NCBI GenBank assembly: GCA_963755125.1
Contig: CAVWIP010000012.1
Span: forward strand, 192,001-256,000
Source of the DNA: an uncultured delta proteobacterium
GTDB taxonomy: Bacteria; Myxococcota_A; Polyangia; Fen-1088
Length of the DNA stretch: 64,000 nt
Direction of reading: 5' to 3'
Shown: positions 30,764-40,576 of the stretch, piece by piece
Layout: each line of letters begins with the position of its first letter
Numbering within the stretch: the stretch's first letter is position 1
Notes under the pieces: model-generated
Seen by the model: only the letters and a program-made list of their open reading frames with translations
Databases searched by the model: none
Told to the model about the DNA's origin: nothing
Made by a program: the position numbers and the translations under genes

Positions 30764-32884
30764 CTACTTGGCGATCTGAACCTGGATGTGGGCCGACCCG
30801 AGGTTGTCGGCGGAATCCCAAACGCGCACGGCGATGATGTGGGGGCCAGCCGAGAGCGACGGTGGCAACCGGATGGAAAAAGACTCGGTCATCTCGTCCA
30901 GAATGCCGTCGTCTGGTGAGGCCGGGCGCCAGTCGTTGCCGTCGATGCAAAATTCGATCTGCGAGATGACCGACGCCGTGTCGTGGGCCCGGCCAGTCAC
31001 CCGCGGCAACTGCGCCTTCAGATCCACGACCGAGGGCCTGGTGTTGTCCACCAGGAAGGACGGCGAATCGAAGGTGAAATCGAGCGCTTGGTCCTTCGGA
31101 GTCACTTTCTCGTCCGATGCCCACACCCGAATCAGGTAGTGGCCGTCAGGAACCGAATCCGTGTTCCAGTCGTACTCGGGCTTGCTGAGTGGATCAGGAC
31201 CACCCAACGGCCGCCACACGGTTTCATTCTCCTGCCGGAACCACAGCCGGTAGATGATCTCGTCGTTATCGGGGTTCTCGACCTTCCAGCGCAGCTTGAG
31301 CACCGGTGAGTGCGAGCGCGTGCTGGTGGTGGCTATAGCCAGGCTGCCCCCCGAACCGCCCGCGCCCGGCGCGGCGGGCGCGGTGGGCGCGTCTCCCAGG
31401 TAGACCTCGGTGACGCGAGCGCGCTGGTTGTGCGGCACATAGTAGGTGAGTACGTCGCGCAACACCGACGATTGGCTGGGAAGCCCGACCCGATATTGAA
31501 GGTAGCGCGTCTGGTTCGCGGCGACCTTGCCCTGCCCTTCCTGACCGTGGTGGCTGACCGAGTCCAGTCTGGTCCAGTTGCTCCAGCTCTTGTCGGGCTT
31601 GCCCGTGTTTCCCGCGCGGGTTTCGAAAACCAGATCGCCCGACCCCGACCAATGCAGGAAACCCCATCGCGCAGGGCCGTCGGCGTCGAGTACCCGCGAA
31701 AGATATGCGGCTTCGCTGGCAGCAGCGGGGCGCACGCGAAAGATGGCACCGACATCGCCCGTGCCCACCAGGAAGCCGCCGGGCGTGGACACCAGCGACA
31801 GGGCCTGCCGCTCGGGCAGGTCGATGGCCAGGGCGACCGTGCGGTCAGGCGAAATGCGATGGATTTTCCCCTGAGTTCCCGACGCGGCGTAAACCTGGCC
31901 GCCCGGCCCGGCCAGCAGCGCGGTAAAATAGCCATCGGCAAGCGCCAGCACCTGCTCGATGCCGCCGTCGTCGTCTAGCCGAAAGACTGCGGCATGCGCT
32001 TTGACCTGGTCGGCGCGGGGCTGCGCGCCGGATGCCGGCGCCGGCCCCAAGGGAAGCTTGGTGCCCTTGCCTGGCTGGGCGCCCGGGACAGGCGTAGCCG
32101 GTGTCTCGCTGGATCGGTCGAAGGCGTTGACGGCGAGATAGGTCGCGCCCGCAACCCGCACGATGGCGCGGATCTCGCTGGCGTCGAAGTCGTGCAAGGC
32201 CTCGGCACGGCCGTCGGGATGGATGCGGTAGAGAATCGCCTGGTCGGCTGTGCCCGCCAAGAGAACCCCGTTGCCGTCCAATGCCAGCGCCATCACGTGC
32301 TTGTCGCCCGAGTCCCACAAGAGCCGTTGCTTGCCCTTGCCGTCGATGACAAAGACCTGACCCGGAATCCCGGTGGCGGCGTAGGTTCCGTAGCCCTTGG
32401 CATCGGAGAGCAGCGACCACACATGTTCGGCTGGCAACTTGGCAAACGGGCGGGAGGCGCCGGTCCTGCTGTCGATGGAAAAAATGCGACCGCCAGGGGT
32501 TGAGCCGGCCAGCAGACTCCCGTCGGATCGGGCCGAGAGCGCGGTCACCCAGGGCGCGTCGATCTCGGCCAACTTCTTCGCCTCGCCGACGCTGGCGGCG
32601 ACCGGCACGGCGTAAATTCGCCCCTGGTCGCCAGTGCCAAAATAGGCGGTGCGGCCGTCGGGGGACAGCGCCACGCACCAGGCAAAAGCGGCATCAATCG
32701 CCAGGCGCGTCGCCTTCATGCCCGGGACCACTTCCCCAGTGGGCAGCACCATGCTGGAAGTGGCCTCGCCCTCCTCGAAATCCTTGCTGGTGGTCTGGCG
32801 GAAGAAGCGCGTGGTTGTGGCCAGGGCGCCAGTCGCGATCAGCAAGCCGGCAACTGCGAAGATATGGGGGAGGCGTGGTTTCAT
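30764..32884 (-). CDS. Secreted beta-propeller protein with C-terminal Ig/FN3-like domains
   Basis: Signal peptide, repeated LA..DG..YxGTG..GxIY blades, C-terminal WNTDSVPDGHYLIRVWASD. Confidence 0.75.
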   Translation of the reverse strand: MKPRLPHIFAVAGLLIATGALATTTRFFRQTTSKDFEEGEATSSMVLPTGEVVPGMKATRLAIDAAFAWCVALSPDGRTAYFGTGDQGRIYAVPVAASVGEAKKLAEIDAPWVTALSARSDGSLLAGSTPGGRIFSIDSRTGASRPFAKLPAEHVWSLLSDAKGYGTYAATGIPGQVFVIDGKGKQRLLWDSGDKHVMALALDGNGVLLAGTADQAILYRIHPDGRAEALHDFDASEIRAIVRVAGATYLAVNAFDRSSETPATPVPGAQPGKGTKLPLGPAPASGAQPRADQVKAHAAVFRLDDDGGIEQVLALADGYFTALLAGPGGQVYAASGTQGKIHRISPDRTVALAIDLPERQALSLVSTPGGFLVGTGDVGAIFRVRPAAASEAAYLSRVLDADGPARWGFLHWSGSGDLVFETRAGNTGKPDKSWSNWTRLDSVSHHGQEGQGKVAANQTRYLQYRVGLPSQSSVLRDVLTYYVPHNQRARVTEVYLGDAPTAPAAPGAGGSGGSLAIATTSTRSHSPVLKLRWKVENPDNDEIIYRLWFRQENETVWRPLGGPDPLSKPEYDWNTDSVPDGHYLIRVWASDEKVTPKDQALDFTFDSPSFLVDNTRPSVVDLKAQLPRVTGRAHDTASVISQIEFCIDGNDWRPASPDDGILDEMTESFSIRLPPSLSAGPHIIAVRVWDSADNLGSAHIQVQIAK

Positions 32885-33000
32885 CGGGGGACATAGTATT
32901 ACCGCCTTGGGGAGGTTCGTGGCTGGTCAAAGCGCAATTCACCCCAAGCCCAGGAGTGTGGATTCTCGCCAAGGGGCGATCCCTGCGGCACAATCGGGAT

Positions 33001-33888
33001 GTGCTGCCGACTCCGTCTGTTTCGCCGACCAAGGCCATGTGGGCCGTGCTCGATGTCCTGCGCTGGACCACGGCCCATTTCGAGAAGCACGGGCTGGCTT
33101 CGGCACGCCTGGATGCCGAGTTGCTGGCGGCCCACGCATTCGCGATGTCGCGCATCGAGCTCTACGCGCACTTCGACCGACCGCTGGGTGCCTCAGAACT
33201 GGCCAGGTACCGCGATCTGGTTTCCCGGCGACTGGCAGACGAACCGGTGGCCTACTTGCTGGGCCACAAGGAGTTCTGGAGCCTGGATCTGCTGGTCGAC
33301 CCGCGCGTGCTGATCCCCCGGCCCGATAGCGAGACGCTGGTAGAGGAAGCACTCGACCGCGTCGCGGCCGGCGCGGGCCAGCACATCGCGGACGTGGGCA
33401 CCGGATCAGGCGCGCTGGCGCTGGCGCTGGCCAAAGAACGGCCCGAGGCGCAGATCTTTGCGACCGACGTCTCACCCGACGCGCTGGCTGTGGCGCGCGC
33501 CAACGCCGAGCGCCTGAATCTGGCCGTCACCTTCCTGGAGGGCGATCTCAATCAGCCCCTGGCACCAGCGGGCCGCTTTGATCTGATCGTGGCCAACCTG
33601 CCCTACATCCCGAGCGCTGACATCGACGGGCTTGCCGCCGACGTGCGCAGCGAGCCACGCCTGGCGCTCGACGGCGGGAGGGACGGCCTCGCGCTGGTAC
33701 GCAGGCTGGTCGCGGCTGCACCGGACCTGTTGCAGCCAGGGGGTTGTCTGGCCCTGGAGGTCGGCGCCGGCCAGTCTGGTGCCGTTGCAGAACTTTTGGG
33801 CGCGGCAGGGTTCGGCGGGATTCGTTCTCGTCGCGATCTGGCCGGAATCGAACGGGTTGTCTCCGGCGTGAAAGGAACCTCATCGTGA
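33001..33888 (+). CDS. prmC: Release factor glutamine methyltransferase
   Basis: EPVAYLLG, VLIPRPDSE, DVGTGSG, NLPYI, EPRLALDGG; start GTG 33001 or ATG 33037. Confidence 0.95.
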   Translation: MLPTPSVSPTKAMWAVLDVLRWTTAHFEKHGLASARLDAELLAAHAFAMSRIELYAHFDRPLGASELARYRDLVSRRLADEPVAYLLGHKEFWSLDLLVDPRVLIPRPDSETLVEEALDRVAAGAGQHIADVGTGSGALALALAKERPEAQIFATDVSPDALAVARANAERLNLAVTFLEGDLNQPLAPAGRFDLIVANLPYIPSADIDGLAADVRSEPRLALDGGRDGLALVRRLVAAAPDLLQPGGCLALEVGAGQSGAVAELLGAAGFGGIRSRRDLAGIERVVSGVKGTSS

Positions 33889-34322
33889 ACATCCGACTTG
33901 CTCTGCTCGGGCTCGCGCTGGCCGGATGCCTATCCGCCACGCAAAGACGTGAGGAGGATCTCATTCAAAACGCCCGCATGGCCGCCGACGATCTGCGCTG
34001 GGCGCGCTGGGATCAACTGGGGTCGAGCATGCCGGCCGAAGAAAAGCGGCTGTTTCTGGAACGGGTGGATCTGGTGGGAAGCGATTTGGTGATGTGCGAC
34101 TACGAAGTGAAGAACATCCACTTCGACACCGGGTCGTCGGTGGCGACCGTGACCGTCGCCATCGAGTGGTACGGAAAGAGCGACCCCAGCCTACACAACG
34201 CCACGCTTGAGCAGCGCTGGGAGAACCGCAACGGGCGCTGGATGATAGTCAAACAGCGGCGCTCTCATGGCGATCGCTTCCCGCTCGTGACCGAGCCGGT
34301 CGCGAAGCCCGCTCCGATGTGA
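33885..34322 (+). CDS. Lipoprotein, possibly NTF2-like fold
   Basis: GTG overlapping the prmC stop, lipobox LAG-C. Confidence 0.75.
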   Translation: MNIRLALLGLALAGCLSATQRREEDLIQNARMAADDLRWARWDQLGSSMPAEEKRLFLERVDLVGSDLVMCDYEVKNIHFDTGSSVATVTVAIEWYGKSDPSLHNATLEQRWENRNGRWMIVKQRRSHGDRFPLVTEPVAKPAPM

Positions 34323-34417
34323 GCGGGACCGGGCCGGGCGTGCCATCGGGCATGGCGGCAACCAGGGGCGCGGCCATCAGGGAAAACACCACACTTCGCT
34401 CGTAGCTGGGACATTCC

Positions 34418-34710
34418 TCAGTGAGCCCTGGAAATGCTGATTTGGGTAAAATCGATCGGAGGCGCGCTGAGTCGGACAGTGTCAGCCAACACGAGTTCGA
34501 AACGATGGCGGCAGTTGAGGTCGGCGCTTGTCGTGAATCTGACCTGAAGATCCTTTGCCTCGCGGAAGACGACCTGGGGCTCGGCGGGCGTCAGAACGAG
34601 TCCCGCCTGAACCGCAGAATCCACCAGACGCATGCGCTTTTCAGCAAGCCTGGGGACCTTTCCCGATTGGTTGTTGATCCACAGACTAACCTCGAACTCG
34701 CCATGGTCCT
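34418..34710 (-). pseudogene. Probable 3' remnant of a gene truncated at its 5' side
   Basis: Open frame (..GEFEVSLWINNQSG..HRFELVL..) whose only start lies inside the putative IS remnant; no RBS. Confidence 0.3.
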
Positions 34711-34711
34711 G

Positions 34712-34848
34712 GAGCACCGAACGGTTTGAAAGCTCAATAATCACGCGGCCCTCTGAAACGGGAGGGCTGCAACGATGCGGCGGTCGACGACCTCCAGGTT
34801 CTGCACGGTTGCCGCCCGCCTGACATCGAACAGGTTCTTGCGGGCGCC
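34712..34848 (-). mobile_element. Remnant of a transposase C-terminus and possible IS end (IS1182/IS5-like)
   Basis: Short frame GARKNLFDVRRAATVQNLEVVDRR..AA* (stop 34741-34743) resembles recalled DDE transposase C-termini. It is followed by AAACCGTTCGGTGCTC, a candidate terminal repeat. Confidence 0.5.
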
Positions 34849-34926
34849 TGCATCCCTACGCAAATTTCTGGCCGGCGGCACTAGGAAAACCCGCGGCTAG
34901 GCTTGTACAGAGCCCAGAGCCTCGGA

Positions 34927-35754
34927 TCAGCCTCGGCTTGGGTCATCTTTGGGATCGTCGCCGTTGCGGCGCTTGATGAAGTCGAGGAACAACTCGGCGC
35001 GCTTCACCTCGACGGTCGAGGCGTTGTCCGGCGTCACGCGCAGGAAGGTCTGCTTGGCAGTGGCGGGCTGACCCATTTCCAGCTGCGTCTCGCCCAGGGT
35101 GAGCAGCAGTTCGGCGTCGCGCCCCGAATCCGGGTAGCGGTGCAGCGCCTCTTTGATGCGCAGGATGGCGCCCTTGGGATGGCCGCGGCTAAGATAGAAA
35201 CGCGCGACGAAGACCTCGTGATCGATGAGGCGGCGCAGGACATCGCGTCGCTGTTCGCGCGCCTGCTTGACGTACTTTGATTTGGGGAAGCGGTCGATGA
35301 GGTTGTTGAGTTCGCGCAAGGCATCCAGCACCGCGGACTGGTCCTTCTCGTAGGACGGCGGGATGAGGAACCAATCATCGGGCATTTCCTTCACGTAGGC
35401 TTCAGCGATGCGGAACGAGACGTAGCCCTCGTCGACTTTCTCGTGCTTCGGGTGCAGGCGCAGGAAGCTCTTGTATCCGTCGATAGCTTCCTGGTAGCTG
35501 CCGCGCTCGAACTCGGTGTCGGCCGCGGCCAACTCGGCCAGGGCGGCGTACTTCGAGAAGGGGAACTTCTGCTTGACGTAGGTGAAGTAGCGCAACGCTT
35601 CGGTGTAGTTCTCCTCCCTCAGCTCAGCCAGGCCCTTTTCGTAGTTCTGCTTGGCCGTGAGGGAGAAGTTGATGGGCTTGCTGTCGTCGCTCGTGGCACA
35701 AGCCGGGAGCAGCAGGCAGGAAAGCAACAAGATCTTGCAGGAAATGCGAAGCAC
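34927..35754 (-). CDS. bamD: Outer membrane assembly lipoprotein BamD
   Basis: Lipobox LPA-C, FPFSKYA, FLRLHPKH, FPKSKY, HEVFVARFY, YPDS. Confidence 0.9.
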   Translation of the reverse strand: MLRISCKILLLSCLLLPACATSDDSKPINFSLTAKQNYEKGLAELREENYTEALRYFTYVKQKFPFSKYAALAELAAADTEFERGSYQEAIDGYKSFLRLHPKHEKVDEGYVSFRIAEAYVKEMPDDWFLIPPSYEKDQSAVLDALRELNNLIDRFPKSKYVKQAREQRRDVLRRLIDHEVFVARFYLSRGHPKGAILRIKEALHRYPDSGRDAELLLTLGETQLEMGQPATAKQTFLRVTPDNASTVEVKRAELFLDFIKRRNGDDPKDDPSRG

Positions 35755-35777
35755 GGGCGTAGTATCCTACGTTCACA

Positions 35778-36494
35778 ATGCAGCTGCGTCCATGGGCACT
35801 CACGATGGCTCCCCTGCTCGGCACGATGTGTGCGCACGGTTTGGGCGACAGTGCTGTCGAGACAGCGCAGCAAGTCGACTACGCGGCACCGGCGCAAGCC
35901 TCTGCGCTCGCCGGGGCACGCTGCCAGGGGGGGCAATGTCGTTGCCGCAGGCCTGGCGACAACGCGGAAACCGTTCCCCCGACCCCGAATTACAAACGTT
36001 TCGAGATCCGCATGTCGGTCGTGACAGGGGAGATTGTGCTCACCTCCCCGGCGATCGGGCGCCTGCACCACGACGGCAAGCAAGAGGAATGCTTCTACGT
36101 CGACCTGCCGGCGGACAGCCGCCACGAGTTCGTCATCGAGAGCCGCGAGGCGCACAAGGGTATGGGCATGATGCCTTCCGTGCGCATCGCCGAGTACGGT
36201 CCCAGCGGTCCCTGGTGGTACGACGTCCTGGCCATCGGGTGCGGTGCGGGCGAACACCCTTGCGATCGCCCGGCTGCCCGGGACTGGGAGCAGAGCTGGT
36301 TCGTCCAGCGCAAGCGCGGCCGTCTCGACGCCTGCGGGTCGACCGTGGTGTCGGCGCTCAAGTGGGATACCTCGGGTGGCCAGGCCATGTTGGACGGCGG
36401 ACTTCTACGCGACTTCCGTGTCGAGTTCGTGCTGGCGGTCAAGGCCTTCGCCACGCAGCTGCCGCCTCGGGATCCCCGCTGCGTGCCTCAGTAA
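35778..36494 (+). CDS. Hypothetical Cys-containing exported protein
   Basis: Best-biased frame of the interval with paired cysteines; start uncertain. Confidence 0.6.
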   Translation: MQLRPWALTMAPLLGTMCAHGLGDSAVETAQQVDYAAPAQASALAGARCQGGQCRCRRPGDNAETVPPTPNYKRFEIRMSVVTGEIVLTSPAIGRLHHDGKQEECFYVDLPADSRHEFVIESREAHKGMGMMPSVRIAEYGPSGPWWYDVLAIGCGAGEHPCDRPAARDWEQSWFVQRKRGRLDACGSTVVSALKWDTSGGQAMLDGGLLRDFRVEFVLAVKAFATQLPPRDPRCVPQ

Positions 36495-36592
36495 AGTCGA
36501 CAGTTGACAGGGGACGGCCGAGGGTGGAGATAGAGGCCCAGTCCTGCATGCCCCATTGTCCCAGTCTTGGCCCTGTCGCCGGTTGACGCCCG

Positions 36593-38428
36593 ATGAAATT
36601 GCACCTGATTGGTATCGCCGGAACGGGTATGGGTTCTCTGGCCGGGCTGCTGCGCGCCGCTGGCCACGACGTGCGCGGGTCCGACGAGCATGTGTATCCG
36701 CCCATGTCGACCCAGTTGGCCGAGCAGAACATCCCAGTGATGGAAGGTTTCCGGCCCGCGAACCTCGACTGGGCCCCTGAACGCGTGGTGGTGGGCAACG
36801 TGTGCCGACGCGACCATGTGGAGGTGCTGGCCGCCACCGAGCGCCACATCCCGCTGGTTTCGTTTCCCGCACTCTTGTCCGAGCTGTTCCTCACCTCGCG
36901 TCGCTCCGTCGTAGTGGCGGGAACCCATGGCAAGACCACCACGTCCTCGCTGATGTCCTTCGTTCTCGCCCAGGCCGGCCGCGATCCCTCGTTTCTCATC
37001 GGCGGCGTGCCGGTGAACTTCCGCCAATCCTGGCGCCTCGGTACGGGGCCGGAGTTCGTGGTCGAGGGCGACGAATACGACACCGCGTTTTTCGACAAGA
37101 AGTCGAAGTTTCTGCACTACCAACCGCAAGTCGTGATTCTGACTTCGGTGGAATTCGACCACGCCGACATTTTCGCCGACGAGGCCGCAGTCAAGGACGC
37201 CTTCCGCGAATTCATCGCTCTCATCCCGCCCGAGGGACATCTGGTGGTGTGCGCCGCCTCGCCGGGCGCGAGGGAGGTGGCACGCGCGGCGCGCTGTTCG
37301 GTCACCAGCTACGGTCGCCCGGGCTCCGACGCTGACTGGACCTTCGAAGTCACCGGCAGGAAGTTGGGAGGACGGACGATCCTGCGGCTCGCACGCGCGG
37401 GCAAGGTGATGGGAACCCTTGACGTGGGTGTGGCCGGCATCTTCAATCTCGAGAATCTGACTGGCGTCATCGCGGCCGCCCAGGTCTTGGGCGTCGAACA
37501 GCCGGCCATCGCGCAGGCCATTCGGCACTTTCTCGGGGTCAGACGGCGCCAGGAGATCGTCGGCGCGGCGGCCGGGGTCACGGTGGTGGATGACTTCGCC
37601 CATCACCCGACTGCCATTCGCGAGACCCTGGGCGCGCTCAAAGGCCGTTACGGCCCCGGCAAGCTGATCGTGGCCTTTGAACCGCGCTCGGCCACCAGCC
37701 GGCGCTCGGTCTTCCAGCACGACTTTGTCGACGCCTTGGCGGTGGCCGACGAGGTCGTGCTGGCGCCGCTCTACGCGCCCGAGAAGGTGCCAGCCGAACA
37801 GAGGCTGGACGTGGAGCGCCTGGCTGCCGATCTGCGCAGCCGCGAGGTACCGGCCCGACTGGTGTCCGGTGTGCCCGCTACCGTCGAGCATTTGGCCGGT
37901 CGCGCGGCGCCCGGTGACACGGTCGTCATCATGAGCTCGGGCGACTACGGGGGACTGCACGACAAGCTCCTGCATCGGCTGGGTGATCCCGTGCGCAGCG
38001 CGCGACCCGAGGACCGGGAAGCGATCGGCCACCTGCTCAACCGAGTCGGAATCACCCACGCCGATTTGGACCGCACCTGGCCGAGCTTCTTGGTCATCCC
38101 CGCTGCTGGCGAGGCAATCGACCGCATCACCGCGTGTGTGGCCGTCGAACCCGCCGGAGACGACGCCTTGTTGCGGCTTCTCGCTGTTGCACCGGAACGA
38201 CGGGGGGAAGGACTCGCCTATCTCTTGATGGAAAATGCCATGCGCAAGGCGCGCGCCGATGGGGCGTTGCACTTGTATCTTGTCACCGACGGGGCGCAGG
38301 GCCTGGTTGGCGAGAAGCTCGGGTTCGATGTCATCGATCGCAAGGACGTGACGTCGGCCATCGCCGCCGGCAACGAGTACCAGATGGCTCGATCCAAGAC
38401 CGCGATCTGGATGCGCAAAGAACTTTGA
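36593..38428 (+). CDS. mpl: Murein peptide ligase Mpl (MurC family) fused to a C-terminal GNAT acetyltransferase domain
   Basis: IGIAGTGMGSLA, YPPMSTQL, GTHGKTTT, EGDEYDTAFFDK, EFDHADIF, DDFAHHPTAI, FEPRS; the last ~145 aa contain LLAVAPERRGEGLA. Confidence 0.9.
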   Translation: MKLHLIGIAGTGMGSLAGLLRAAGHDVRGSDEHVYPPMSTQLAEQNIPVMEGFRPANLDWAPERVVVGNVCRRDHVEVLAATERHIPLVSFPALLSELFLTSRRSVVVAGTHGKTTTSSLMSFVLAQAGRDPSFLIGGVPVNFRQSWRLGTGPEFVVEGDEYDTAFFDKKSKFLHYQPQVVILTSVEFDHADIFADEAAVKDAFREFIALIPPEGHLVVCAASPGAREVARAARCSVTSYGRPGSDADWTFEVTGRKLGGRTILRLARAGKVMGTLDVGVAGIFNLENLTGVIAAAQVLGVEQPAIAQAIRHFLGVRRRQEIVGAAAGVTVVDDFAHHPTAIRETLGALKGRYGPGKLIVAFEPRSATSRRSVFQHDFVDALAVADEVVLAPLYAPEKVPAEQRLDVERLAADLRSREVPARLVSGVPATVEHLAGRAAPGDTVVIMSSGDYGGLHDKLLHRLGDPVRSARPEDREAIGHLLNRVGITHADLDRTWPSFLVIPAAGEAIDRITACVAVEPAGDDALLRLLAVAPERRGEGLAYLLMENAMRKARADGALHLYLVTDGAQGLVGEKLGFDVIDRKDVTSAIAAGNEYQMARSKTAIWMRKEL

Positions 38429-38429
38429 C

Positions 38430-38563
38430 ATGAGAACCCTGGGAGGGTTCGCTTCGCCCTTCGGCCCCCTACCCGCCTCCTCCTCCCCGCTCGCTTCGCT
38501 CGGCCTCGCCAAACCCTCCCGCGATGGTCCGCGGCGAGCAAAGCTCGCCGGCTCCCCACGCGA
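38430..38563 (+). repeat. Palindromic repeat copy R4 with reversed module B inside the first hairpin
   Basis: ATGAGAACCCTgggAGGGTTC [38451-38508] CCAAACCCTCCCGCGATGGTCCGCGGCGAGCaaaGCTCGCCGGCTCCCCACGCGA; fills the mpl-tyrS gap. Confidence 0.9.
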
Positions 38564-38570
38564 CCGGTCG

Positions 38571-39812
38571 CTAGTCGCCGACCACGATGCGGCGCAGGTG
38601 CTTCTTGCCCGCATGAAGAAGCGTGCCTTCAGCCGCGATCTCCTCAAGCCGGATCACATCGTCAATGGACGTCACCTTGCGCTTGCCCAGCCTGACCCCG
38701 CCTTGCTCAACCAATCGGCGGGCGACGCTCTTTGAGGTGGCCATGCCCACGGCGTGCAAGAGGTCGACGATCTTGAGCCCGGCCATCACCAAGGCGGGGG
38801 CGAGGGAGTAGGTGGGTACGAGGTCGCCGGTCTCGCCGCCGCCGAAGGCTGCCCGCGCGGCCAGTTGGGCTCTTTCGGCCGCGTCTCTGCCGTGTACGGA
38901 CTCCGTGACCGCGTAGGCCAGCGCCTGCTTGGCAGCGCGCAGTTCCGCGCCCTCCAGCGCCGCGAAACGCTGGATCTCGTCGAGAGGGATGAACGTCAGC
39001 AGCTTGAGGAAGCGCACCACGTCGCGATCATCGACATTCACGAAGTACTGGTAGAAGTCGAAAGGGCTGGTCCGCACTGCCGAAAGCCACACCGCTCCGG
39101 CTGCAGTCTTGCCCATCTTCGCGCCTGACGCCGTCGTGATGAGGGGAAAGGTCAGAGCGTAGGTTTCCGCCTGGTGAAGGCGGCGGACGAGATCGGTTCC
39201 CGCCAGGATGTTTCCCCACTGGTCGTCGCCGCCGACCTGCAGCACGCATCCGTAGCGGCGGTAGAGCACCAAGAAGTCGTAGGCTTGCAGAAGCTGGTAG
39301 TTGAACTCGATAAAGGAGAGCCCCTTTTCCAGGCGCAAGCGATAGGCCTCGGCGGTCAGCATGCGATTCACGCTGAAGTGCCGCCCAATATCGCGCAAGA
39401 AATCCAGGTAGTTGAGTGGCGCCAGCCATTCGGCGTTGTCCAGTACCAGGGCGTGCTCTCCGGCGGCGCCCAAGAAACGGCGCACCTGCGGCTCGATCTG
39501 GTCGCGGTTGTTCTTGATGGTCTCGACCGTGAGCATCTGTCGAAGCTCGGTCCTGCCGCTGGGATCCCCCACCATGGCGGTTCCGCCCCCAAGCAGTGCG
39601 ATCGGGTGGTGCCCGGCGCGTGCCAGGTGGGCGAGCGCCATGAGCGGGATCATGCTGCCCACGTGCAGGCTGGAAGCCGTGGGATCGAATCCGCAGTAGT
39701 AGGACACAGGTCCCTTGCGCAGCAGGTCTGCCAGCCCCGATTCGTCCTTCACTTGTTGAACGAAGCCGCGCTCGCGCAGGGTGTGAAGAACGTCAGACAT
39801 GGGCACCGACAT
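38571..39812 (-). CDS. tyrS: Tyrosyl-tRNA synthetase
   Basis: YCGFDPTASSLHVGS, GDPSGR, EFNYQLLQAYDF, QVGGDDQWGN, KMGKT, C-terminal S4-like domain. Confidence 0.97.
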   Translation of the reverse strand: MSVPMSDVLHTLRERGFVQQVKDESGLADLLRKGPVSYYCGFDPTASSLHVGSMIPLMALAHLARAGHHPIALLGGGTAMVGDPSGRTELRQMLTVETIKNNRDQIEPQVRRFLGAAGEHALVLDNAEWLAPLNYLDFLRDIGRHFSVNRMLTAEAYRLRLEKGLSFIEFNYQLLQAYDFLVLYRRYGCVLQVGGDDQWGNILAGTDLVRRLHQAETYALTFPLITTASGAKMGKTAAGAVWLSAVRTSPFDFYQYFVNVDDRDVVRFLKLLTFIPLDEIQRFAALEGAELRAAKQALAYAVTESVHGRDAAERAQLAARAAFGGGETGDLVPTYSLAPALVMAGLKIVDLLHAVGMATSKSVARRLVEQGGVRLGKRKVTSIDDVIRLEEIAAEGTLLHAGKKHLRRIVVGD

Positions 39813-39870
39813 GGCGGCCTAGTATAGTAGTAACCGGCGTTTTGTACTCTTCCGGTTATCCGGTACTCTG

Positions 39871-40320
39871 GTGCGCATGCCGGCCCCGCGTGCAGCGAAG
39901 CCTGACTGCCCCTGCGCAGAACGCCCAGCCTGGTTTCGCCCCGAAGATGACAGTGTCATGCGCTGGCCTGTGCTTGAGGCCGCCGAGTGGGAGGAACTGC
40001 GCCAGTGTCCCGGGTGCGGCGCGCCATGGGTCGCCGTGTGGCCCGAGGAAATCGAGGCGCCTCCGATCCTGTGCCGGCCCCATCCTCCCGATGCGCGCAG
40101 GCTCAAGGATCTCGACCGCGCGGCCACCATGCGTGCCTACTGCCTAGCCCGGCTGGCGGAGCACTTGGGCGAGTTGAAAGAAGGCAAGCAGCCGTGCCGC
40201 AAGGTCCACTGCGAGCGGCGCCGCTTGCACGGGACGAACTACTGCCTGGAGCATCTCATCGCCCAGCACTTTGGGCGCGAACTGGCTCGCCTGGGAAGTG
40301 GGGCCAACAAGCAGGGGTAG
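39871..40320 (+). CDS. Small Cys-rich, putative zinc-binding hypothetical protein
   Basis: CPC, CPGC, CRKVHC and YCLEH motifs. Confidence 0.65.
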   Translation: MRMPAPRAAKPDCPCAERPAWFRPEDDSVMRWPVLEAAEWEELRQCPGCGAPWVAVWPEEIEAPPILCRPHPPDARRLKDLDRAATMRAYCLARLAEHLGELKEGKQPCRKVHCERRRLHGTNYCLEHLIAQHFGRELARLGSGANKQG

Positions 40321-40366
40321 CTCCCCCCCCAAAAGAAGGCACGAAGGGGATGCCTTCCTGCCATAG

Positions 40367-40446
40367 TCGCATGGGGAGCCGGCCGGCTGTGCCGGCCGCG
40401 CACCATCGAGGGAGGGGATATGGGAACCCTCTGAGGGTTCCCATAT
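40367..40446 (-). repeat. Palindromic repeat copy R5, just downstream of the 5S rRNA
   Basis: Reverse complement ATATGGGAACCCTcagAGGGTTCCCATATCCCCTCCCTCGATGGTGCGCGGCCGGCacaGCCGGCCGGCTCCCCATGCGA. Confidence 0.9.
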
Positions 40447-40459
40447 CAGAGAAAATAAT

Positions 40460-40576
40460 CCCGGCGGCGACCTACTCTCCCACAGAGTTTCCCCTGCAGT
40501 ACCATCGGCCCTGGAGGGCTTAACTTCCGAGTTCGAGATGGGATCGGGTGTGGCCCCTCCGGAATTACCGCCGGAA
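40460..40576 (-). rRNA. rrf: 5S rRNA
   Basis: CCCGATCCCATCTCGAACTCGGAAGTTAAG..GCCGATGGTACTG..GGGAGAGTAGGTCGCCGCCGG. Confidence 0.97.

Noticed and set aside
37409..37419. ATGGGAACCCT inside mpl
   Set aside because: Matches the left arm of hairpin 1, but the right arm, linker and ACGCGA end are absent; probably chance coding sequence (MGTL).
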